NCBI GenBank assembly: GCA_964646775.1
Contig: CAZYEZ010000002.1
Location: 1 to 47,581 of the forward strand
Length of the DNA stretch: 47,581 nucleotides
Reading direction: 5' to 3'
Origin: an uncultured Chitinophagaceae bacterium
GTDB taxonomy: Bacteria; Bacteroidota; Bacteroidia; Chitinophagales; Chitinophagaceae
Part shown: piece by piece, positions 8,546-18,421 of the stretch
How the letters are laid out: the number at the start of each line of letters is the position of its first letter
How positions within the stretch are numbered: the first letter of the stretch is position 1
Position numbers and translations under genes: made by a program
The notes under the pieces: generated by a model
The model's input: the letters and a program-made list of their open reading frames with translations, nothing else
The model's database searches: none
Told to the model about the DNA's origin: nothing

Positions 8546-9091
8546 ATGGATCATTCGCAACAAACCAGCAATACGCAGGAACTGGCGCTGAAGGCGGGAA
8601 TATTCTTCGCGCTGATCAAAATCCTGATGACGACCCTGCATATGAAATTTTTTATCGGCAATTTTTCTTTGAATATTGCCCTTACCATCGTTTCCGTTTT
8701 CATCGGACTCATCATTCTGATTTGGGTTGCCCTAGAAGCCCGCAAGCTGCAGGGCGGCTTCATCACGATGAAGGAGATTTTCAAACCCATATTTATAACC
8801 ATCCTGATTGGAACGAGCCTGAGTTACGCTTTTGACCTTTTATATGTCCATGTTTTGGATCCTTCGGTATATGACCAGTTGAAGCAATCCACCATAGACT
8901 TTGCACAGCGATTTGGCGCCGAGGACGCGGCCCTCGATGAGATTGCCGTAAAGTTCGATGAGGAACAGGCCAGGGCGCTCACGCCAGGCCGCATTATTCT
9001 GGGGTTATTTCAGGTGATTATTCTTCATAGTATTGCCGGGTTTATCATTGGGGCCATATTCAAGCGTCGCCGGCCGGCTTTCATGGCCTAA
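8546..9091 (+). CDS. Small multi-pass membrane protein (DUF4199-like)
   Basis: The 181-aa ORF has 4-5 hydrophobic helices. It starts 13 nt after the upstream stop, and the next gene starts 11 nt after its own stop. Confidence 0.55.
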   Translation: MDHSQQTSNTQELALKAGIFFALIKILMTTLHMKFFIGNFSLNIALTIVSVFIGLIILIWVALEARKLQGGFITMKEIFKPIFITILIGTSLSYAFDLLYVHVLDPSVYDQLKQSTIDFAQRFGAEDAALDEIAVKFDEEQARALTPGRIILGLFQVIILHSIAGFIIGAIFKRRRPAFMA

Positions 9092-9102
9092 GCCCCTATG
9101 AA

Positions 9103-10095
9103 ATGGTGAAAATGAGAAACCTTGATCTGTCCATCGTTATTCCCTTATTTAATGAGGAAGAATCTTTGCCCGAACTCACGGAATGGATCATGGCCGTATG
9201 TCAACCCCGAGGCTACCGCTACGAGATCCTTTTTGTCGATGATGGGAGCAAGGACAACAGCTGGGCTGTTATCGAGGACTTGGCTCGCCAACACCCCATG
9301 GTGCGGGGTATTCGCTTCCAGCGAAACTATGGGAAGAGCGCAGCCCTGAATGAAGGGTTCAAGAACAGCTCCGGCAAAGTGGTTATTACCATGGATGCGG
9401 ACTTGCAAGACAGTCCCGACGAAATCCCCGAATTATATCGTATGATCACCGAGGAAGGTTTTGACCTGGTAAGTGGTTGGAAGAAAAAGCGATATGATAA
9501 CCGGTTAACCAAGAATCTCCCCTCCAAACTATACAATGGGGTCAATCGATGGATATCGGGTATCCCATTGCATGATATGAACTGCGGACTCAAGGCTTAC
9601 CAGCGAAAAGTGGTGAAGAGCATTGAAGTTTATGGGGAAATGCACCGCTTTATTCCGGTGCTTGCCAAGGCTGCCGGTTTTGACCGTATCGGGGAAAAGG
9701 TGGTGGTACATCAACCCAGAAAATACGGAGTGTCCAAGTTTGGATGGGAGCGCTTTATTAACGGTTTTCTGGATCTGCTTTCGGTCCAGTTTATGAGTCG
9801 TTTCGGAAAAAAGCCCATGCATTTTTTTGGGTCTTTCGGCACCGGCATATTCCTGATTGGATTCATCATGGCGGGGTGGATGATTCTGGGTCGCATCCTG
9901 GAAGGAGAAGATTATGGGCTCACCAATCGCGTCCCATTCTATATTGCCTTGACAGCCATGGTAATGGGAACGCAGTTTTTTCTCACCGGGTTTGTGGCCG
10001 AACTCGTTTCCCGAACATCCGGGGATCGAAACCACTACTTGGTAGAAGAACAGATCGGATGGCCTGAGAATGGCGGCCCTAAGCATCAAGCTTAA
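9103..10095 (+). CDS. Family 2 glycosyltransferase, polyprenyl-phosphate sugar transferase type (DPM1/GtrB/ArnC-like) with two C-terminal TM helices
   Basis: GT-A motifs are present: LSIVIPLFNEEESL, FVDDGSKDNS, ITMDADLQD. C-terminal helices are FGTGIFLIGFIMAGWMIL and FYIALTAMVMGTQFFLTGF. An alternative start lies at 9112. Confidence 0.85.
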   Translation: MVKMRNLDLSIVIPLFNEEESLPELTEWIMAVCQPRGYRYEILFVDDGSKDNSWAVIEDLARQHPMVRGIRFQRNYGKSAALNEGFKNSSGKVVITMDADLQDSPDEIPELYRMITEEGFDLVSGWKKKRYDNRLTKNLPSKLYNGVNRWISGIPLHDMNCGLKAYQRKVVKSIEVYGEMHRFIPVLAKAAGFDRIGEKVVVHQPRKYGVSKFGWERFINGFLDLLSVQFMSRFGKKPMHFFGSFGTGIFLIGFIMAGWMILGRILEGEDYGLTNRVPFYIALTAMVMGTQFFLTGFVAELVSRTSGDRNHYLVEEQIGWPENGGPKHQA

Positions 10096-10185
10096 CAATC
10101 TTTTATTAGAAATCGGGACCTTGGCTTAAACCTTTCTGGAATATTTCAGTCAAATTTGCCAGTTACCACTGGGATTTTCGGGATT

Positions 10186-12633
10186 ATGAAGCAAATCTAT
10201 TTTCTTTTCATTCTTTTTTTGACTCCTTTTTCCTTGCATGCCCAAGAGGCGCCCGGACTGGTCACCGGGAAATTGGTTTACCAGAATGGCAGTCCGGTCT
10301 CTTATGCTACCGTCACTTTGGTGCGTGCCGACCGCTCTGTCGCCGGGGGGGACCTGACCGGGGACGATGGTCTTTTCCGAATTCAGGGAACCGGGTTCGG
10401 GACTTTTGACTTACTGATCTCGGGCATCGGCCTGGAGGGGCAGCAGATCGATGGACTGGTACTTTCCATGGAGACCCCCGTACGTAACATGGGCTCTATT
10501 GCCGTGGTGAGCCGTACGCAATCTTTGGATGAAGTGGAAGTGACGGCGGAAAAAGCGCTTTTTGTCATGGACGTCGACAAAAAGGTGTTCCAAGTGGATA
10601 AGAATATTACGACCGAGGGAGGCAGCGCTTCGGATGTATTGCAGAATGTGCCTTCCCTTTCTGTAGATGTGGAAGGGAATGTTAGCCTGAGAGGCCGATC
10701 CAATGCGACCATACTCATCGATGGAAAGCCGGCCACTTTATTGGGCGGGGACGAGGCTTCCGCCCTGCAGAGCCTGCCGGCTTCGAGCATTGATCGAGTG
10801 GAAGTGATTACCAACCCTTCGGCTCGCTATGATGCCCAGGGTCTCACGGGTATTATCAACATTGTTACCAAGAAAGACCGTCGCATGGGACTGAATGGGA
10901 TGGCTTCCCTGGGGGCTGGTACCGGAGACAAGTATAATGGAAGCTTAAACTTGAACCTTAGGAACGAAAAGTGGAACTTTTTCCTAAACTCTAGTTTCCG
11001 GCAGAATCGCCGGCAGAACTATTCGGAGATGGTTAGAACGGACTTATCCGGAGCCGAGTACCAGACCATCGAAGACGGAATCAGGAATTTTAGGGGCTTT
11101 TTTAATTCCTTGGGTGCAGAATACAGTCTTTCGGAAAAAACAACCATTGGACTGCGTCAGAATTTGAACTGGATGCGCTGGTCCGGCAAGAGTCAGTCGA
11201 ATTTGGATCGATTCCCGGCAGGCAGCCATCAAAGCCGCTATTCGGAATATTCCGGGGGGCCGTTTTCCTATTCGACCACCTTGGATTTTAAACAGCTGAT
11301 GTCTCGTCCTCAGGAGGAGATCGTGGGGAGCTTTACTTATACGCGATTCCAAGTGGAAAGAGAGCAGCTTTTTATTACCCAGGACTGGGATGCGGATGAT
11401 GAGCTGATAGCTCCAGGTCTAATCAAAGATGCACCCGGATCCGGCGGAAGCTGGAACTTCACGGGATCGATCGATTATACGCTCCCCTTTACCGAGAACC
11501 GAAGGATGGATGCCGGGGTCAAATCCCAAATCAATGGTTTTGATTCGAAGAATGACCCCATCCGGATTCAAGGCAATGAGGTAAGGGTAGATTCGGTTCA
11601 GTTGATCGATTATGACTACAGTCAGCAAATCCACGCGGCCTATCTTAATCTGAGAGACCAGATCGAGAAATTTCGTTACCAGATCGGTTTGCGTTCCGAG
11701 TATGTGATTTATGAAGGATCCCTCCGTTCGCTGAGCTCGGATCGGTACTTCTATGATTACCTGGGGTTATTCCCATCGGCTTTCGTATCCTATGAGCTGC
11801 CCAAGGACCAGTCTATATTCCTTAATTATAGCCGAAGGACCGATCGCCCGCATTTTATGCAATTGATGCCTTTCCGAAATCTGTCCAATCCCCAGGAAAT
11901 TTCCACGGGGAACCCAGATTTGATTCCGGAATTTATCCACCACATTGAGTTTTCTTATAATCGGCTATTTGAGGCGGGTCACAACCTCATCTTTAGCACC
12001 TACTATCAGTATACCCAGAATATTATTGAGCGCTACCGGGAATCTTTGGGAGGCGGAGTCTATCTGTCCAAACCCTATAACCTGCACGCGGGTACCACCT
12101 ATGGGGTAGAGCTTATTTCCAAACTGCAGTTTAATAAGATCTGGGACGGGATGATCAGCGCCAATATGTTTCGCAATACCATCGATGGCAGAAACATTGA
12201 CGCAGATTTATATACCGAAGGATTTGGATGGTTTGCCAAGATGAACAGCAACCTGAGGTTGCCGGCTGGTTTTGCCTTTCAGGTGGATGCCAACTATCAA
12301 GCACCTCGGGTAATCGCCCAGGGAACCCGGGATGGGGTTTACTGGATCGATATGGCTTTGAGAAAAAATCTCATGAAAAACAAAGCCACGCTGGTCTTTA
12401 ATGTGTCGGATATTTTTAACACCCGCAAATACACCAGCCACTACGATTTCGGAACTTCGGTACAAAGACGATACAGAGACCGGGAAACCCGGATAGGAAA
12501 TATTAGTTTTAGCTACCGGTTTGGAAGATCCGATATTCGTCCCCGCCGCCGTCAGCCTTCGGAATTGGCTCCCGGCGTACAGGACAGGGATAATATCCGG
12601 ACGGAGGAAGTGAACGATACCGGAGGCTTTTAA
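10186..12633 (+). CDS. TonB-dependent receptor-like outer-membrane beta-barrel protein with an N-terminal carboxypeptidase-regulatory-like domain
   Basis: The signal peptide is MKQIYFLFILFLTPFSLHAQ. A CarbopepD_reg-like segment (GKLVYQNGSPVSYATVTL) and a plug-like segment (VLQNVPSLSVDVEGNVSLRGRSNATILIDGKP) follow. The long beta-rich C-terminus ends in ...SFSYRFG plus a charged tail ending in F. Confidence 0.8.
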   Translation: MKQIYFLFILFLTPFSLHAQEAPGLVTGKLVYQNGSPVSYATVTLVRADRSVAGGDLTGDDGLFRIQGTGFGTFDLLISGIGLEGQQIDGLVLSMETPVRNMGSIAVVSRTQSLDEVEVTAEKALFVMDVDKKVFQVDKNITTEGGSASDVLQNVPSLSVDVEGNVSLRGRSNATILIDGKPATLLGGDEASALQSLPASSIDRVEVITNPSARYDAQGLTGIINIVTKKDRRMGLNGMASLGAGTGDKYNGSLNLNLRNEKWNFFLNSSFRQNRRQNYSEMVRTDLSGAEYQTIEDGIRNFRGFFNSLGAEYSLSEKTTIGLRQNLNWMRWSGKSQSNLDRFPAGSHQSRYSEYSGGPFSYSTTLDFKQLMSRPQEEIVGSFTYTRFQVEREQLFITQDWDADDELIAPGLIKDAPGSGGSWNFTGSIDYTLPFTENRRMDAGVKSQINGFDSKNDPIRIQGNEVRVDSVQLIDYDYSQQIHAAYLNLRDQIEKFRYQIGLRSEYVIYEGSLRSLSSDRYFYDYLGLFPSAFVSYELPKDQSIFLNYSRRTDRPHFMQLMPFRNLSNPQEISTGNPDLIPEFIHHIEFSYNRLFEAGHNLIFSTYYQYTQNIIERYRESLGGGVYLSKPYNLHAGTTYGVELISKLQFNKIWDGMISANMFRNTIDGRNIDADLYTEGFGWFAKMNSNLRLPAGFAFQVDANYQAPRVIAQGTRDGVYWIDMALRKNLMKNKATLVFNVSDIFNTRKYTSHYDFGTSVQRRYRDRETRIGNISFSYRFGRSDIRPRRRQPSELAPGVQDRDNIRTEEVNDTGGF

Positions 12634-12654
12634 ATCCTTCCAAAAACTAGGCTC

Positions 12655-13407
12655 ATGAAAAACGCAATTCTCTTTGCCGGCATCCTGGCTTTTTCTCTTT
12701 GCCTTTCCCCCCAGGGTTTTGCCCAGAAGAAAGGAGGCCTGGGAGAATGGATAAAAAAGGCGGAAGATCAACTCGGATCCCAAAGCAGTTCCGCTGGATA
12801 TACAAACCAGGAGGCGGTTTCAGCACTTCGAGAGGCTTTGGAGATTGGAACGAAGAATGCCGCCGGTAAGCTTTCGGGCGTCAATGGCTATTTTGGCAAT
12901 CCGCTGGTCAAGATTCTGTTGCCTCCTGAAGCCCAAAAAGTAGAAACGGCTTTGCGGGGAATTGGTATGGGCAGGTATGTAGACGATGCCATCTTATCCA
13001 TGAACCGGGCCGCCGAAGAAGCTTCTTCCCGGGCGGTACCTTTGTTTGTTTCTGCCATAAAGCAAATGACCGTCCAGGACGGACTATCCATCGTAAGAGA
13101 TGGAGATGGAGCGGCCACCCGGTACCTGAAGGCCAAGACTTCGGATCAGCTAAGCAGAGAGTTCCAGCCGGTGATACGGAAGGCCTTGTCTAAGGTAGAT
13201 GCGACCAAATACTGGAGAGAACTTTTCGAAGTATATAATCGGCTGCCCACCACCCGGGAAAAAATCAACCCGGACTTGGATGCTTATGTAACGGAGAAGG
13301 CGCTTGATGGGCTATTCCTGACAATCGCCCAGGAAGAGAATAAGATCCGAAAAGATCCTGCCGCCCAGGTGACGGGACTGCTCAAGAAAGTTTTCGGTCG
13401 TCCCTAG
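12655..13407 (+). CDS. DUF4197-family secreted protein
   Basis: It has a signal peptide. Family-typical segments are QEAVSALREALEIGTKNAAGKLS, ILSMNRAAEEASSRAVPLFVSAIKQMTVQDGLSIVRDGDGAATRYLKAKT. Confidence 0.65.
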   Translation: MKNAILFAGILAFSLCLSPQGFAQKKGGLGEWIKKAEDQLGSQSSSAGYTNQEAVSALREALEIGTKNAAGKLSGVNGYFGNPLVKILLPPEAQKVETALRGIGMGRYVDDAILSMNRAAEEASSRAVPLFVSAIKQMTVQDGLSIVRDGDGAATRYLKAKTSDQLSREFQPVIRKALSKVDATKYWRELFEVYNRLPTTREKINPDLDAYVTEKALDGLFLTIAQEENKIRKDPAAQVTGLLKKVFGRP

Positions 13408-13548
13408 ATCGAGCCTGGAGGGGATTGCGGCATTTTCAATACATTTACTACCCTGAACCTTGAAAGGGAATGGGACGACCATTACGTCCCGGCCTGCTTT
13501 GCCGAATTGGGGCGAAATGCTTTGCCCTATTCATGAATCTCCAATTTT

Positions 13549-16500
13549 ATGAATCCAGAAGAAATTTTTCAGAAACGATATGCCGTCCTTAACGATGCGC
13601 AGAAGGAAGCCGTAGATGCCATTTATGGTCCCGTCATGGTGATCGCCGGACCGGGAACCGGAAAGACGGAAGTGCTGGCGATGCGCATCGCGCAGCTGCT
13701 GCGAAGCGATGCCCAGGTTAACCCCGCGGAGATTCTTTGTTTGACTTATACGGATGATGCCGCCCATTCCATGCGGAATCGCCTCATTGAAATTATCGGT
13801 CCATCAGCGCATAAAGTCAATATTTGCACCTTCCATGCGTTTTGTAATCAGGTGATACAGCAGAACAGGGACTATTTTGCCCACCGGGAGTTGGAGCTGG
13901 TCGATGAAATGGGTCGCATCGATATTGTTCATGAGATCCTGGATGAACTGCCCGAAGGTCATTTACTTCGTCGCCTCAAAGGCGATATCTACTATGATAC
14001 GGGGCGCCTGCTTGCTCTTTTTTCCCTTATGAAAGAGGAACATCTGAGCGTCGAAATTATTTCGGAGGCAATTGATCGGGAAATCGAAGCGCTGCCCGAT
14101 CGGGAGGATATGCGTTATAAGCGGAAATCGGGTGACCATATGCCGGGTGACCTTAAGCAGCATGCCTTTGATAGTATGGTCGAGAAGTTGGAACAGACCC
14201 GGGCTGCTGCGAAGCTATTCGATTCCTTTCAGGAGAAAATGATGGCTAAAGGCTGGTATGATTTCTCGGACATGATTCTGTGGGTACTGGCTGCTTTCAA
14301 ACAGAACCCCGCCATGCTCATGCAATATCAGGAGCAGAGCCAATATATTCTCGTCGATGAGTTTCAGGATACCAACGGCGCACAGAACGAACTGCTGCGG
14401 CTACTGATTGATTATTGGGATGATCCCAATGTCTTTGTCGTCGGAGATGATGACCAGTCCGTTTTTGAATTTCAGGGCGCCCGGATTCAGAATGTCGTTG
14501 ATTTTTATCATCGGTATTCCGCATCGATGAAGATGATCGTATTGAAAAATAACTATCGATCCTCCCCGCCTATCCTGGAGTGGGCTGCCCGGAGCATCGA
14601 AGGCAACAAAGGTCGACTGATTCTGCAAATCCCCGAATTAGGCCTCGATAAGGACATCCACTCTGCACACCCGCGATTTGAAAAAGAATCCCCTTGTCCG
14701 CAGCCCGTTGTTCGAGCCTATCCGACAAGAATTATGGAGGAGGCCCATTTGGTCTCCCAGATTGAAGAGTTGATTCGTGAGGGTGTCAACCCCAGTCAGA
14801 TTGCCGTTTTATATGCGCAGCACAAGCAGGTGGATCGGGTCTTGGACTTAATGGACCGTCGAGGGTTACCCTATCTTGTAAAGAAGCCTTCCAGCCTGTT
14901 AGAACAGCCGATCATTCAGCGCATCCTAGACATATTCCGCTACATCCAGCAGGAGTCCGAGGAAGTGTTTAAGGGGGAGCCCATCCTGTTTCAGCTCATT
15001 CATGCGCCTTTCTTTAAAACGCGTCCCAAGGACATAGGCACTTTGGCGCTTTATATGAACCAGAATAAGGCGAAGAATCCGAATCTTCGCAACTGGCGGA
15101 CCACGATCGCCGATGACCTCTTGATGGAAACCGTGGGGCTCGAAAACCCAGGAGCTTTTCGTCGATTGGCGGCGAATCTGGAGCGGTGGCAGGCCTCCAA
15201 ACAATTAATGACCCTCTCGGCGCTGCTTGAAAGCATTGTTTATGAGTCCGGCCTGCTCGCTTACCTTTTGTCGCAAAAGGATCATATATTCTATGTAGAA
15301 GTATTGCAATCTTTCTATGACTACCTGCGGAGATGCGCGGATCGCCAACCGGGTATTCGTCTCGATCAGTTCCTGGAGCGGATTGATAAACAGATTGAAA
15401 TGAACTTGATCGTCCCTGTTCACCGCGTGTTTAGTCGTAGGGATGGAGTTCAGTTTTTTACTGCCCATGCAGCCAAAGGGAATGAATTTGAGTATGTATT
15501 CTTATTGGGCTGTACGAGCAATTTCTGGGAAAAAAAGGTCGGAAATCGTGCCTTATTTCGACTGCCAGAGACCCTGGCTTACTCAAAAGCTCAGGAAGGG
15601 TCCTCGCAAGAAGAAGTTGCCCGACGCCTGTTTTATGTGGCATTAACACGGGCTAAAAAGCATTTACAAGTCTCCTATGCCATGCTGGACGAAGAAAATA
15701 AAGCGCTGTCTTGTTCGGGTTTGGTCCATGAAGTTTGTCCGCCCTCCGAGCAGATTATTACGAAGATGGAAGACCCCGAACTGATGGAGGCCATGAAATG
15801 GGCCATGCTTCCGCCAGGGAATCTAAAAATTGAGCTGGCACAGCGTGCCTGGATTGATCAGGCCATCCGCCAGATGGCCATGAGCACCTCCGCCTTATCC
15901 AAGTATCTACGTTGCCCGCTAAGCTATTATTATGAAAATGTCCTGCGGGTCCCCTTTGTAAAAAGGGATTCCATGGCCTATGGCTCGGCCGTCCATGATG
16001 CCCTAGAGTTTCTGTTTTCCCAGATGAAGCGGCGTCAAGGAACCTTCCCCGAACTCTCTGAGGTTTTGCAGCGTTTCTACCGGGCGCTTGAAAATGAGAA
16101 GGCGGCATTTCACGGTACCCAATTCGAAAGAAGAAGGGATCAGGGCACCAAGGAGATTAGCGATTATTATAACCAGTTCCTGCCTACATTCCCGAAGGAT
16201 GTGGACCTTGAAATGAACATCGCCCGGTTCCCTCTGGAGGGGATACCTGTTACAGGTAAGATTGACCGTGTAGAATACCATGGCGGATCCTGCGTGGTTG
16301 TAGACTATAAGACTGGAAATCCAGATCGGCGCTCAAAGAAGGATCTCGCTCCTCCTGGGGAAGAAGGAGATCCCGGCGGAGATTATTGGAGGCAGATGGC
16401 ATTTTATAAATTGATTCTGGAAGAGAACCCCGTCCGGCCTCTGAAAGTAGATTTCGGACGTTTTGAATATTTGACCCCAAAAAAGAATGGAGAAACCTAT

Positions 16501-16725
16501 CATCCCGTGGTGAATCTGGGTCCGGAGGATGTCGAGCAGGTGCGTGCCCAGGTCAAAGAGGTATACGCCCGGATTATGAACCAGGATTTTGACCGGGGCT
16601 GTAATGAAGACAATTGTACCTGGTGTCGTTTCGCGCGTAATTATGAATTAAGACTCGATGAATCATCCATGGAAGAAAATCAGGAAGAATTATTGGAAGA
16701 CGCTTCGGACCTAGGCCCGCAATAG
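13549..16725 (+). CDS. UvrD/PcrA/AddA-type SF1 helicase fused to a C-terminal PD-(D/E)XK (Cas4/AddB-like) nuclease domain with four cysteines
   Basis: Helicase motifs are AGPGTGKT (I), VDEFQDT (II), VVGDDDQSVFEFQGA (III), LKNNYRS (IV), TAHAAKGNEFEYVFLLG (V) and RRLFYVALTRAKKHL (VI). Nuclease motifs are YLRCPLSYYY, GSAVHDALE, GKIDRVE, VVDYKTG and CNEDNCTWC. Confidence 0.9.
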   Translation: MNPEEIFQKRYAVLNDAQKEAVDAIYGPVMVIAGPGTGKTEVLAMRIAQLLRSDAQVNPAEILCLTYTDDAAHSMRNRLIEIIGPSAHKVNICTFHAFCNQVIQQNRDYFAHRELELVDEMGRIDIVHEILDELPEGHLLRRLKGDIYYDTGRLLALFSLMKEEHLSVEIISEAIDREIEALPDREDMRYKRKSGDHMPGDLKQHAFDSMVEKLEQTRAAAKLFDSFQEKMMAKGWYDFSDMILWVLAAFKQNPAMLMQYQEQSQYILVDEFQDTNGAQNELLRLLIDYWDDPNVFVVGDDDQSVFEFQGARIQNVVDFYHRYSASMKMIVLKNNYRSSPPILEWAARSIEGNKGRLILQIPELGLDKDIHSAHPRFEKESPCPQPVVRAYPTRIMEEAHLVSQIEELIREGVNPSQIAVLYAQHKQVDRVLDLMDRRGLPYLVKKPSSLLEQPIIQRILDIFRYIQQESEEVFKGEPILFQLIHAPFFKTRPKDIGTLALYMNQNKAKNPNLRNWRTTIADDLLMETVGLENPGAFRRLAANLERWQASKQLMTLSALLESIVYESGLLAYLLSQKDHIFYVEVLQSFYDYLRRCADRQPGIRLDQFLERIDKQIEMNLIVPVHRVFSRRDGVQFFTAHAAKGNEFEYVFLLGCTSNFWEKKVGNRALFRLPETLAYSKAQEGSSQEEVARRLFYVALTRAKKHLQVSYAMLDEENKALSCSGLVHEVCPPSEQIITKMEDPELMEAMKWAMLPPGNLKIELAQRAWIDQAIRQMAMSTSALSKYLRCPLSYYYENVLRVPFVKRDSMAYGSAVHDALEFLFSQMKRRQGTFPELSEVLQRFYRALENEKAAFHGTQFERRRDQGTKEISDYYNQFLPTFPKDVDLEMNIARFPLEGIPVTGKIDRVEYHGGSCVVVDYKTGNPDRRSKKDLAPPGEEGDPGGDYWRQMAFYKLILEENPVRPLKVDFGRFEYLTPKKNGETYHPVVNLGPEDVEQVRAQVKEVYARIMNQDFDRGCNEDNCTWCRFARNYELRLDESSMEENQEELLEDASDLGPQ

Positions 16726-16756
16726 GAAGCAAAGGTTTTCCAGGGAATTGGGGTGC

Positions 16757-16792
16757 AAAAAAACCTCCGATTAAAAGTTAAAATCGGAGGTT
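16757..16792 (-). terminator. Rho-independent terminator between convergent genes; the T-tract serves the minus-strand OMP gene
   Basis: AACCTCCGATT (16762-16772) pairs with AATCGGAGGTT (16782-16792) as an 11-bp stem. On the minus strand it is followed by T7 (A-run 16757-16763 on the plus strand). Confidence 0.75.
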
Positions 16793-16821
16793 CCATATCA
16801 GTAAATCATTCTTTAGCTACC

Positions 16822-18213
16822 CTATCCTTGCCTAGATTCTTTCGGTTTCTTCTTGTAGAAGGGCACTTGGAAGCCCATGTAGAAGTTGGTTCCGCTGGAG
16901 AACAGGTTGTCGCTACCGAAGTAGAATCCTGAAACTCTCACCCCGAGGCCCATTTGAACACTCTTGCTCAGCATGCTGTAGGTTAATGGAAGTCCGAAGC
17001 TGAAGATTCGGCTATCCCAACGAGGTGTAACGCTGATTCTTCCGTAAACGGAGTTGCCGATTTTATCCCGGCTTGAAATGCTGCCCATGTACAAAAGATT
17101 GGCGTAAAAGTTTTTCCAGACTTTATAGTCACCCGAAAGAATGAGGGTGGTCGGAAGGCTGACTTTGGTCTCGGATCCAGCATGGGATTCGACGCCGAAA
17201 CCTTGTGCTTCCATATACGCTTTCATGCTGTCCACATTGGTGATTTTGTCGCCGATATCAGGACCATTGATGTAGGCGGGCGCTGATGTTTTGTTGTAGA
17301 AACGCATGCCCGCGTTATCGGTTGAGTATTTGATGGATCCCATATCGATGATGGAAGCTGAAACACGGAACATGTATTTGTTCTCGCTGGGTTCGGTAAT
17401 GTTTTCGGGGCGATACTCATAAACAACACCCAGATCTGCACCCATACCCGAGCCTTTGGCCTTAGTTAGATCAGATACCCCGGAAATCCCACCAAGCATG
17501 TTTGAGGCGTACTGTACGGAAGTATTGCTAATGCTCACATAATCGGTGCCCGGCGCATAGGAGATATCCATGTTCTCGTTTACGATGGAAAAATACGCCG
17601 CTCCTCTTAACAGGCGGAGATTGGCGCCCCCTTTGAGGAAGTGCTTATTTTGATTATAGATCACCCCTCCATATCCAAGACCGTATTCAGACCAGCCATG
17701 GGCGGTCACGTTGAAGGCATCCACCTTCAGCTTCAATCCAGCTTTCTCGATATCGCTCAGTCCATCGTCGCTAATGGTCCGGAACAGGGACTGATCCAGA
17801 TCGTGGATTTGGGTCATAAAACGTACTCGGGTAAAAAGGGCTACGCTATGTTTATCATTAATGGAAACCGTTGCGCCGGGGCCGCGAATGTCGAGAACAG
17901 GCCCAAAGAGACGAAGGGTTTCATCTTTGTCATCAAACTGGAAAGGGCTATCCCCCTCATCGCTTCCAACCGCTCCGAATAAGTCACCCAGTTTCACGGA
18001 AGAAAAATTGGTCTCCATGCCTATATCAAAGGCAAAGAGATCAATGCTAAATTTTTGACGTGAATCGGCTATGTTGGCCGGATTCAGGTACATGCTTTGG
18101 GAGCCCACGTAATTACTGGTGGAAACGCCGAGCATTTTCTGCGCTTCCGCCGAAGGCGCCCAAGTTACTCCAGCGGCAATCATGGCAATAGGGAGTAGAT
18201 GTTTTGTTTTCAT
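16822..18213 (-). CDS. Putative outer-membrane beta-barrel protein of unknown function
   Basis: The signal peptide is MKTKHLLPIAMIAAGVTWAPSAEAQ. Amphipathic strands rich in G/Y/S/N alternate throughout. I do not recognise the family with confidence. Confidence 0.6.
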   Translation of the reverse strand: MKTKHLLPIAMIAAGVTWAPSAEAQKMLGVSTSNYVGSQSMYLNPANIADSRQKFSIDLFAFDIGMETNFSSVKLGDLFGAVGSDEGDSPFQFDDKDETLRLFGPVLDIRGPGATVSINDKHSVALFTRVRFMTQIHDLDQSLFRTISDDGLSDIEKAGLKLKVDAFNVTAHGWSEYGLGYGGVIYNQNKHFLKGGANLRLLRGAAYFSIVNENMDISYAPGTDYVSISNTSVQYASNMLGGISGVSDLTKAKGSGMGADLGVVYEYRPENITEPSENKYMFRVSASIIDMGSIKYSTDNAGMRFYNKTSAPAYINGPDIGDKITNVDSMKAYMEAQGFGVESHAGSETKVSLPTTLILSGDYKVWKNFYANLLYMGSISSRDKIGNSVYGRISVTPRWDSRIFSFGLPLTYSMLSKSVQMGLGVRVSGFYFGSDNLFSSGTNFYMGFQVPFYKKKPKESRQG

Positions 18214-18372
18214 GTTCTATTACATTAATTGAATGGTAATCTAAAAAACTGGCGCAATGATAAGAAATAGATTTTTATAAACATAGCCCTGGGTTATATA
18301 AATGAACTAAAACTATTAATTTTACGTACTTTTACGGTTCTTATGTCATGAAACCACGTAGATTTCGGGAAC

Positions 18373-18396
18373 AAAAAAGCGAGCCTAAGGCTCGCT
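18373..18396 (-). terminator. Rho-independent terminator of the rplM-rpsI-rpsB-tsf transcription unit
   Basis: The minus strand reads AGCGAGCC-TTA-GGCTCGCT followed by TTTTTT, about 25 nt after the tsf stop. Confidence 0.8.
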
Positions 18397-18421
18397 TTGG
18401 TAATGAGTTCTCGAAGCTGGA

